Source of the DNA: Azolla caroliniana | Taxonomy: Eukaryota; Plantae; Polypodiophyta | NCBI GenBank assembly: GCA_043228905.1 | Contig: JBHGNT010000007.1 | Coordinates: 12,586,001-12,650,000, forward strand | Length of the DNA stretch: 64,000 nt | Direction: 5' to 3' | In this document: piece after piece, positions 47,991 to 58,800 of the stretch | Numbering within the stretch: position 1 is the stretch's first letter | Layout of the letters: each line of letters starts with the position of its first letter | The notes under the pieces: generated by a model | Database searches by the model: none | What the model saw: only the letters and a program-made list of their open reading frames with translations | What the model was told of the DNA's origin: nothing | Program-made: the position numbers and the translations under genes

Positions 47991-50900
47991 TGTTGAGAGA
48001 CAAGCTCAACATCGGCTGGATCGGCTGAAGAAGTCGAGGACCGGATCGGTTGGGACCGATCGGTTAGGCCGAGTGTGTAAACCGGGAGGCCGTTAGGAAA
48101 GATATTCTGTGAGGAATATATTTGGGAGTTAGTGTAGGAGCTCTTAAAGAGCATTGAAGTACAGTTAGTACTTCAGTTAGTCCTTCGAGGACTTGTATAA
48201 AAGTGTTCATGGAACACACATATGTATATAGAGTAGTGAATCGAGTACCGGTTGTTGAATATAGTTTTTTGTGTTTTCTCTCTCTCACTCTCTTTGTCTC
48301 TCCCGTGTATACCGCGTAAGCTCAAGCTCTCCATTAAACCTGAGTTTCCTTCCTTCTGTTCGGGCTTCATACTTGCTTCCGCACGTTACTTTTTACATGG
48401 TATCAGAGCGCGAGGGTTGAGAACCTCTCTGCAGCCGACACAACTTGATGAAGAAGAACAAGAAGAACGATGGATAGAGGCATGGCGAGCTCGCTTCCAA
48501 TAGAGAAGCTCGACAGAACCAACTACGCGTCATGGTCCTACAAGATGCACCAGTACCTGCTCGGGCACGGCTACTAGAGTTATGTCGAAGGAGCTAATGA
48601 CACGGCACCCGAATCGACACACAGAGACTTCCCGTCGTGGGAGCAATTGGTGAGCAGGGTATTATACTGCTTCGCGTCGTGTGTGGGCGAACAACTATTG
48701 AGCTATGTTCGGGATGTAAAGATGCTGAAGGGTGCGTGGGAAAATCTGAAGAAGATTTTCACCGCGAGCACCATAGCCAGGAAGCTTAAGCTCCGACAGG
48801 AGTTGAGCAACCTACGACAACGCGACTTGTCGGTGGCGGACTATACCTCGAAGATCAAGGATATCTGCAACTCCCTCGCCTCCATAAAGGTGAACATTGA
48901 GGAGAGCGAGATGGTCCAGATCTGTCTTGGAGGTTTGGCGTCGAAGTTCGGAGCGTTCCGGACGACTGTGTGTACCCGGGAGAATACGCTGTCCTTTTTC
49001 GACTTACAGTCAATGCTCCTGGTAGAGGAGAACCACGTGGGTGCGTCTACAAGCACGCACACCGACAGCAAAATGCTGTACACGGAGGGAGATAGGCCTC
49101 GTGGACGTGGAGGACGAGGCGAGTCGGCGCGCAATGGAGGCTGCCGACGAGATCAAGGAAGAAGGCACCGAAGTGATGCCGACAACAACTCCGGACCCTC
49201 CGGAAATAGGGGCAGTCGAAGCGATGAGAACCGGCATGGGAAGGCCATCGCGGAGTGCTAGTAGTGTGGCAAGAAAGGCCACAGGGAAAGTGAGTGCTGG
49301 AAGAAGCGCGCCGATTCGGAGAGAACGGGTTCCGGACATACCGACAAGGGAAATCGGCAGCGATCGCACTACGCCGAAGACTCCGGGAGAGCCGGAGAAG
49401 GGTCTGCTTTCGTGACGAGACACGAAGCAAAGTCAATGAAACGGACCACCCCGAGATCGGACGAGGTGTGGTACGTAGACTCCGACGCGTCAAACCACAT
49501 GACGAGCCATAAGGAGTGGTTCTCGTAACTTGAAAAACCGATACAACCTGGAGTAGTCGCAACTGGAGACGACACTCCGCATCCGATCGCGAATGTCGGA
49601 GAAGTTCCTCTTAGCCATGTTGGGCAGAAAGGGAAACTCATGAACGTGTTGCACGTTCCGACAATCTCGAAGAACTTGGTCTCGGTCGGACAGATCGTCA
49701 ACCAAGGGATGGAGGTTCGGTTTACACACCTCAGGTGCTTCATTGAGGAAGAAGGCCATGTGATTGCACAAGGGCGCAGAGACGGGAGGATGTTCATCCT
49801 CGACTCCACTGACGGCGGCACCGCAATGTTCGCGAAGGGAAGAAAAACCGAGTCGGACATCAACTTGTGGAACAAGCAGATAGGCCACGTCAACTACCAA
49901 TGGCTTCAAGATCTACAATCAGGTAGTGTTCGGATTGCCCAAATTTAGTGGCCGAAAGGCACAAATTTGTGAAGCTTGCCAGCTCGGGAAGCAACACCGA
50001 CTTCCTTTCCCAAACGAGCGAAACCAGAGCTAGAACAAGCTCGACCTTATACACTCCGATGTGTGGGGGCCGGCACAAAACATTAGTCTTGGCGGGAGCT
50101 GATATTTCGTCTCCTTCATCGACGACCACACGCGGCACACGTGGATCTACCTCATTCAGAGGAAGAGCGAAGTGTTCGATTGTTTCCAGGACCTCAAAAG
50201 GTTCGTGGAAACAGAAACGGGACGAAAGATCAAGTGCCTGTGGTCGGATGGTGGGAAAGAGTACTTTTCTGGTCAATTCAACAGTTATCTACAGCAAATG
50301 GGAATTCGGCACGAATTCAGTTGTAGATACACGCCAGAGCAGAACGGCGTGGCCGAGAGGAAGAATCGGTTAGTTGTGGAAGCGGCACGGGCAATGTGGA
50401 GGAGAAGAGCTTGCCCAAGTTCTACTGGGCCGAGGCGGTAAGGACCGCGGTATACATCCAGAACCGGATCGGAGACAAAGTGTCGGCGCACGAGCTGTAT
50501 TTCGGAACGAAGCCGAACTTGCGACACTTGAGGGTGTTCGGTAGCATTGCGTATGTGCATGTACCGAAGGAGAAAAGGAGGAAGCTGGACGCAAAGGCTG
50601 AGAAATGCATCTTGGTCGGTTACTCGGACGAGCAGAAGGGTTATAAGTGCTATAACCCTCGCACCAAACAAGCACGTGTTAGCCGCGACGTTGTGTTTGA
50701 CGAGTCCGCGTCCTGGTACCAGCCCCGACTCCGAACCCCGACTTCAATCCGAGCTCTGACGATGAAGTCAGCGAGGCCGAGATGCCTCCGGATGAGCTCG
50801 AAATTGAGACCCGCGAAGAGAGTTCGATTTCACTCCGCTTAAGTGGACCGATTGGACGACTGAGTCGGTACGACCAGTCCGATGAAGAGCCGGCGAATAC

Positions 50901-52817
50901 TGGAGACTCAGCCGTGCATTCCCCGCGCAGGAAGCCGAGGAGACGGCTTACGCGCAAAGAGAAAGGGAAGAAGAAGGTGTCGGATTCCGCCACGGATAGG
51001 AACGAGTCAGACCGACGCGAGTCCGACTCCGAGGGAACCGGTGATGGGTCTTTAAAGGTGAAGTCCGCATCGACCGAGAAGGCCTCGACATCGGCTAATG
51101 TGAGATTACGCCGATCTACCCGCCAGAAGAATCCTGTTTTGCAGTTCGGATATAACGAGTACATGGCGCATCATTATGCGTACATGACCCATGTAGCGGA
51201 AGTGCGTGAGCCGAAGAGCTACGCAGAAGCAGCTAAAGACGCGAATTGGCGTGCCGCGATGGAGGAAGAGATGCACGCATTGGCGGAGAACAAGTACATG
51301 GCGCATCATTATGCGTACATGACCCGTGTAGCGGAAGTGCGTGAGCCGGAGAGCTACGGAGAAGCAACTAAAGACGCGAATTGGCGTGCCGCGATGGAGG
51401 AAGAGATGCACGCATTGGCGGAGAACGAAACCTGGGACTTGGTTGACGCACCGAAGGGTGTGAAGCCGATCAGGTGTAGGTGGGTGTACAAAGTCAAGTA
51501 CAACACCGATGGCTCGGTCAACCAGTACAAGGCTCGGCTAGTGGCAAAGGGCTACGCGCAGAAACACGGCATCGACTACGATGAGACGTTTGCGCCGTTC
51601 GCGAAAATGACGACCGTCCGTGTTTTGCTCGTAGTAGCTGCGGTGAAGGGGTGGCACTTACATCAAATGGATGTAAAGAATGCGTTCCTGCAAGGTGACC
51701 TTGAGGAACAGGTGTACATGGTACAACCCCCCGGATTTCACTCTGGAACGAACTCCTCGGCAGTATGCTGACTGAAGAAGTCCCTTTACGGACTGAAGCA
51801 AGCCTCGCGTGCCTGGAATGCGAACATCACGCAACAACTGCGTCGGATGGGCTTCGTCACGTCAAAATCGGACTCTTCCCTGTTCATCCGGAAAGGTCGA
51901 CTCGGACTGGTTAGTATTTTACTATATGTTGATGACTCGGTTGTTGACTCGGTTGTCGAGTTCGACTTCGGATCGACTGAAGAAGCCAAGGGTGGACCCG
52001 TAGAAAAGTCCGAAAGCGGACAGAAGGGAAGCAGCCAAAGGAGAGAGTCGAAGGCAACCACGCATGGGGAAGATAACGCCACCGAGGGTGAGAAGACCGA
52101 AGAAGAGTTGGAGACAGCCAACTCGGACGAGAGCGAAAACCGATCGGAGGTAGCCGAGTCAGTTCGGTTGTTTGATTCAAATATGCTGAATCAACCGAGG
52201 CCCAAGCGGAAGAAAAGGCAGCAGGAGAAGCGTCAACACCGCAACTGCAGAAGAGCTGATAAGGGCCACATGAGCAGACAAGCCGACCGGAAGGGTCGAA
52301 GCGCGCAGAGTCGAGCAGGTCCAGGAGCGCGAGCGAGGCGTGAAGCCAGGAGGAACCGAAGCTGTGAGCCCGAGGATCCCGAAGAGCCTCGAGTTGAGCT
52401 TCAGGGGGAGTGTTGAGAGACAAGCTCAACATCGGCCGGATCGGTTGAAGAAACCGAGGACCGGATCGGTTGGGACCGATCGGTTAGGCCGAGTGCGTAA
52501 ACCGGGAGGCCGTTAGGAAAGATATTCCGTGAGGAATATATTTGGGAGTTAGTGTAGGAGCTCTTAAAGAGTGTTGAAGTACAGTCAGTACTTCGGTCAG
52601 TCCCCCGAGGACTTGTATAAAAGTGTTCATGGAACACACATATGTATATAGAGTAGTGAATCGAGTACCGGTTGTTGAATATAGTTTTTTGTGTTTTCTC
52701 TCTCTCACTCTCTCTGTCTCTCCCGCGTATACCGCGTAAGCTCAAGCTCTCCATTAAACTTGAGTTTCCTTCCTTCTGTTCGGGCTTCATACTTGCTTCC
52801 ACACGTTACTTTTTACA
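47991..52817 (+). mobile_element. Ty1/copia element C1 (second family), degenerate, RT C-terminus and RNase H deleted
   Basis: 407-bp LTRs at 47991-48397 and 52411-52817 (about 17 substitutions by eye). TSD GGGTT. PBS TGGTATCAGAGC at 48398-48409. PPT AGGGGGAG before 52411. Gag, INT (SDGGKEY, PEQNGVAER) and RT to YVDD. Confidence 0.96.
51154..51427 (+). repeat. In-frame tandem duplication, 2 x 135 bp (45 aa), at the start of C1 RT
   Basis: [40 protein letters not shown] occurs twice. Confidence 0.93.
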
Positions 52818-55807
52818 GGGTTAATATATATGATTCCCAAATCAAGTGGCCACTTAGAGGAGCTTCAAAATTGGAGACCAATTACTTTGTTGAATGTCAT
52901 TTATAAGATATTAGCAAAAACTATAGCTAGATGTCTACAACCTTACCTTTCTGAGTTAATTCATGTTTCCCAAACTGGTTTTATGCAAGAACAGAGTATT
53001 TTTTATAATATTATTCTTTTTTGGGAAATTGTTGCCTTCGCTGAATTACATAAGCAAGATTTGACAGTATTATTTCTTGATTTTGAGAAAGCTTATGATA
53101 GAGTGGATTGGGATTTTATGGAGGGTACTTTGCTTAGGATGGGTTTTCTAGATAAATGGATCCGAGGAGTTTCAACACTATATCATAATGCACACAACTC
53201 TCTTCTATTTGTAGGGGATGTTGGTAGGCGTTTCTCTATTTCAAGATCTGTAAGACAAGGATGTCCACTTGCTCCTTTTCTGTTTCTACTAGTTTCTGAA
53301 GCGTTTTCTGTACATTTGAATTCTCATAATGTAAATATCAAAGGTTTAGCACTACCATTTGCAGATGTTGGCGTGGATAGTGAGTTTGCTGATGATACAG
53401 CTCTCTATGTTCAAGCCTCACCAGTTAATTTATTGCAGGTTCAAAAAGCTGTGGATGACTTCTCACAAGCATCGGGTGCATTGATTAGTGGGAATAAATC
53501 ATCAGGTTTTTGGGTGCCTGAGGGAGATCTGCCAATTAATGTATTTAGTTCAGGATTTACATGGATACATACAGGTCATTCTATTAGGTATCTAGGATGT
53601 AGAGTGGGTTTGGGATTAAATGAAGAAGATATGATAGCACCTTTGTTGTTAAGATTAAGAAATAAGTTAATATACTGGAATAAGGAAAAGTTGTGCTTAG
53701 CAGGATGTGTAGTTGTTGCAAATTCGATGCTTTTGTCCTCGATTTGGTATATTGCATCTACATGGTTGTTTTCTAGGTCCATAATGCTTAAAGTTCAACG
53801 TCTAGTACGAAATTTTATTTGGGGGAATGCTAGTTCACACACTCCTGTAGCAAAGGTCACTTGGTCGGTTCTTATACAGTCTAAACAGAAAGAAGGTTTA
53901 GGTTTGATTGATCCCTCAATGCAAAGTAAGGCATTACTAGCTAAACATGTTGTTAGAAGTTTATTGCCTGGAGAGGAATTATGGAAAAAGTTATGGATTC
54001 TTCATTTACATAAGTTTAAGCCATCGGTAGGTGGTCAATGCAGGGATAGTCTTAGATGGTTCTTTAATTCGGATTTTCCTTTACCTAAGTCATCTGTTGG
54101 GTCTTTACGGTTCTTTAATGGAATTAGTCATGCATGGGAAAGTATTCTTGCCACCAAAAACTCGTTCTCAATTCATGTGTCAACCATTGTTATAGAATCC
54201 TTTATTTACTGATGAAGTTGCATGTGTTTTGGGTTTACAGCCTAGGTTATCTTGGGCGGCACTGGATAGTGGCCCCGCCCATACGGTTGCGGAGTGGCTA
54301 AAGTTTTCAGAGACTTCAGCGCAGGACCAGAGGAATAGGTTGTATAATTTAAGATGGGCGAATATTATGTTCTCTCAAGTGTCCACAGTATTTCAGGTAA
54401 CAATGCCAACTATGCAGTTCAACCATTTTCAGAATTGGTACGGTATGTTTTCGACTCTTAATATACTTATAGGAGCTCGTTTATACCATCAAAATGGCAG
54501 CCTTTATTTCTATGAAGTTTTGGATAATGGTAAACTGTTTGTAGTGGAGGAGGAGGCTCCAATTATGTCTTCTGCAAATCAGTTACTAGTGCGAGATAAA
54601 AAGATCTTTATAGATCCTAATCCCTTAATTGCTAAATATTGATCTAATGTTTGGGTTTTACAATCTAGGCCAATTGCTGATTTGCATTGGGATCCGTCTG
54701 ATTATGGTTGGAAGCTGTCTAGATCCGACACTTCACAAATGAAGGTCCTCCCATTCTTCACATATTCTGTGGCGTTTGGAAGGAATTTTCTTTTGAATCA
54801 AATTGAATCAATACTTGCGGGGAAAAAATATTGGGAGGAAGGTAATGTGTCATCCTCGCATATGTTGAAGTTTTGGAAACAATTTTGGTCACTTAAGTGT
54901 ATGAATAAGGTATTACATTTTCGATGGTTGATGATTCATTACGCCTTGCCAGTAGGAGGTTTATTGAGGGGAACAGTGCCTGACAGATCATGTGTTATGT
55001 GTAGGTTTGCAGTTGAGACATTGCATCATGTTTTTTGGGAATGTGTTGCGGCCAAAAGGTTTTGGTTTCGAATTCTTAGGTTATTAGGTCGTAAGTATAG
55101 GTCAACCATTTTCACGTGGGGTGCAGTATTTTGGGGAACGTTGGATCAACAAAAGGCTTTTTATCATTATCATAATTCTTCATTGACTTTATAGGTAAAA
55201 AGTTTTCAGGTGTACTCTATTTCCAACTCCGTACCGGGAATCAAGTTCTTCTCGCGTTGTTATGTTTGGCAGATTGTTTCCTCTTTGGTGATGATGTAAA
55301 GTGGAATTACGTTCCACCTCGTTGGTTGTTTCCGCCACCAACACCGTTCTTACTGTATACAACATGGCAAGGATGAGTGAGGATGTTGTTGAGGGTTGAA
55401 GCAAAATTTCGTGAGGACAGTTCATTCATTTTGTTTGTTGTCTATACAGGAATTTGGTGAAAATGGCAAGAGGGTTGCTATGGAATTATTTTGAAGCAGA
55501 TTCAGGAAAGTATTGAAAGTGGAGAGGATTTTGATGCAAAATGGCAAGTTGTTTTGATGTGGAAGTTTTTTTGAAGCAAACTTATTTATTTTCAGTTTTT
55601 TTGAATGAGGAGTGAAGATGGTGGCGGAGGTAGAAGCAAGGTTTCATGAGGGTTTGAGGAGAATGGATTTATTCTGGTCTTCTTTTTGTAGGTACAAAAC
55701 TCGGGTGATGAATGGCAAGATGGTTGTAGTGGAAGATGAAGTTGATTTATTTGGAAAGGATGAGTGAAGATGGTGGCGGAGGCCGAAGCAAGGTTTCATG
55801 AGGGTTT

Positions 55808-58800
55808 TGTTGGGATTATGGTCCCTTTCGGATGGGATGGTCGGATGTCCGAAGATGAATGCCGACAAGCCCGGTTTCGGTTTCGGAACCGGATGATGAA
55901 GACCCCGGTTTCGGAACCGGATGACGAATGTACCCGGAGAGAGATCCGGATGCGGGAACATATCTGTGAATATGTTTGCCAAGGGCCCTTGAGGCTATAG
56001 TTGTAAATAGCCCTAAAGTCATATGTGTATAAATATGACTTAGGGCAAACAGTTTTGTTGTTGCTAATCATTTTTCCTGTTTTTCCACTCAAGAGGAGTG
56101 AAGAGGGAGCAACCGTGAGAGAGAGAGAGAGAGATAGAGCGTGAGAGAGGAAGAGGACGACGCCTCTTTGTATTTCCGCCTCCTGTGGCGAGGACAGCGA
56201 GCTCAAGGTCGTCGCCTTGCAGCTCGCCATTGTATACTTCTCTGTATAGTGTTGGTTTGGAGTCCTGTACTCCCGTGGTTTTTCCCGTCTAGGGTTTTCC
56301 ACGTTAATCCCTGTGTGTTCGCGTTTTGTTTCTCTTTGTGGTTCCTATTTTCTGCTCCATTGATTCGCGCTTACTCGGTTGTGGCCGAGTGGTGAAGGTA
56401 AATAGAAGGGTCGTTCACCAACAATCTGGTATCAGAGCGAACTGCTGCAGAAAATGGAAGGCGGCGGCAGCGGGCAGCCGGGGATGATGGTGCTGAACGC
56501 GCAGAATTACGCCGACTGGAAGATCAAGATGGAGGATCTTCTGATTGTTCAGGACCTGTACGAACCGATTGACAGGTCGGAAATACCGAAAGGGGTACTT
56601 GAGTCGGAGTGGAAGCTCCTGAACCGGAAAGCCGTAGCGACGATCCGACAATATGTCGATGTGAGCGTCCTACAACATGTGGCGAACGACACCAACGCAT
56701 ATGAGATGTGGAAGAAGCTGTCGGGCCTCTACGAGAGGAAGAATGCGTTGAACCGGACCTCCCTGATGAGGAAGATAGTGAACCTCAAGTATCGAGACGG
56801 CGAGAGTATGGTGGAACACGTAAGCACGTTCATGGGATTCGTGAATCAGCTTGCGGCGATCAAGTTCCCGTTGGAGGATGCAATGCAAGCCATCATCCTG
56901 ATGTGTACATTGCCGGAAAGCTGGGAGAACTTGGTGGTGACTCTCAGCACCTCCTGCACAGAGGATAACTTGTCCTTGCAAACGGTAAAGACGAGTATTC
57001 TGAATGAAGAAGCGCGTCGGAGAGATAAAGAACCGGCCTCCGACCCGAAGGCGCTGCTTACCGAATCGGATCGGGGAAGACAATGGAACCGGAGTCCGCA
57101 AAGACGGGAGAAGTCGGGGACCCGGTCGCAGTCAAGAGGAAGGCCCACATGCTTCCACTGTGGGAAGCCGGGGCACTTCCGGAAAAATTGTCGGCATTAC
57201 CGAAAAGACAACGGAGCCAACGACACCGATTCGAAGAAGTCACCGGAGAGAAACGGTGCATACCGGGGAGCCACGGACCGGAGAAGTTCGGATCGGCGAG
57301 GGCAGGACAGGAAAGGAACAACGGCACTCGCGGCAAGTGAGGAAGAAATCATGCTCATCACCGAAGAAGGTGAACTAAACGTCGCCGGCGATGAGACGAC
57401 CTGGGTGGTCGATTCCGGAGCATCGTTCCACCTGACCCCGGAGAGAAGATACTTCTCATCCTACACAGCCGGTGAGCATGGCTGTGTTCGAATGGGAAAT
57501 GAAGGTACGTGCCGGATTGCCGGCATCGGAGACGTGTGGTTGACAACCCCGACCGGATGCAAAATGCTGCTGAAGGATGTCCGACACGTTCCGGAGGTTC
57601 GATTGAACCTGATTTCGGCCGGGAGGCTAGACGATGAAGGCTACACAGGTAGCATCCGGAACGGCGTAATGAAGTTCAGCAAGGGGAGCCTGATAGTGGC
57701 TCGGGCCCGGAAAGACAACACACTGTACCTGATGAATGCCCGGTTATGTCCGGAAGAGCTGAATGTGGCAGCCGACACTACCGGTGAGCTGTGGCACAAA
57801 AGACTGTGCCACATGAGTGAGAAGGGGATGAAGAGGCTTGCAGAAGACAACCTTATTCCAGTGAAGCATGTGCACCTGGAGAAGTGCACCGATTGCCTGG
57901 CCGGTAAGCAGAACCGAACCTCCTTCCACTCAAGGCCACCGACGAGACGTAGCGCACCATTGGAGTTGGTGCACACTGATGTGTGTCAGGTAGAAACGAA
58001 GTCACATGGCGGAGCCCAGTACTTCGTAACATTCATTGATGATCACAGCCGGAAGCTGTGGACGGCACCGTTGAAGACAAAGGACCAAGTGTTGTGCGTC
58101 TTCAAAGAACTCCACGCGAGAGTGGAAAGGGAATCCGGCAAGAAGCTGAAAGCGATACGAGCGGATAACGGAGGGGAATACCGGGGGCAGTTCCAGGAGT
58201 ACTGTCGCTCGAAGGGAATCCGACTCGAGTTTACTGTGCCGAAGACGCCGGAACTGAACGGGCTGGCCGAGAGGATGAACCGGACCATAATGGAGAGGGT
58301 CCGGAGTATGCTGGCACATGCGAAATTACCCAAGGGGTTTTGGGCTGAGGCAATGTCGACAGCGACATACGTGATAAACAGATCACCCTCAGTACCTTTG
58401 GACGGAGACACGCCGCAGAAAGTATGGACCGGTAAGGAAGTGTCCTACCGGCATCTGAAGGTGTTCGGGTGTCTCGCATACGTGCATGTGGCAAAGGACC
58501 GGAGAGGAAAGCTAGATCCAAAGACCCGGCCATGCATATTCCTCGGTTACGGCGATGACGAGTTCGGCTACCGAGTATGGGACCCGGTTGACAAGAAGAT
58601 ATTCCGGAGTCGTGATATCATCTTCATGGAGAACAAGACACTCGCCGACTGGGAGTCGGAGAAGAAGATGAAGAACTCCAAGTCAACCGGTGAGGATCAA
58701 CTCTACGAGGAGCAGTCCCGACCGGCAAGGGACCGGTTAGCACTCGAGGATCCGGCCGAAGACGGTGAAGAAACAGAACCGGCCGAAGAAGATGAAAATG

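Larger units (their letters stand above)
45630..55250 (+). mobile_element. L1-clade LINE, degenerate, interrupted by copia C1
   Basis: ORF1 remnant with CFVCRQFGHLGQEC. ORF2 carries an APE endonuclease (SWNVRG, LIQEHH, NIYAPN, GDFN, RLDRFY, SDH), RT (PGLDG; WRPITLLN, DFEKAYD, RQGCPL, FADD) and a C-terminal C..C...ETLHHVFWEC zinc motif. Boundaries approximate; no TSD or polyA tail found. Confidence 0.92.

Noticed and set aside
47981-55807. Two copia insertions both follow ATGAGGG(G/T)TT
   Set aside because: Different families and only two cases. The related T2 insertion has another context (GGAGG). Likely coincidence.
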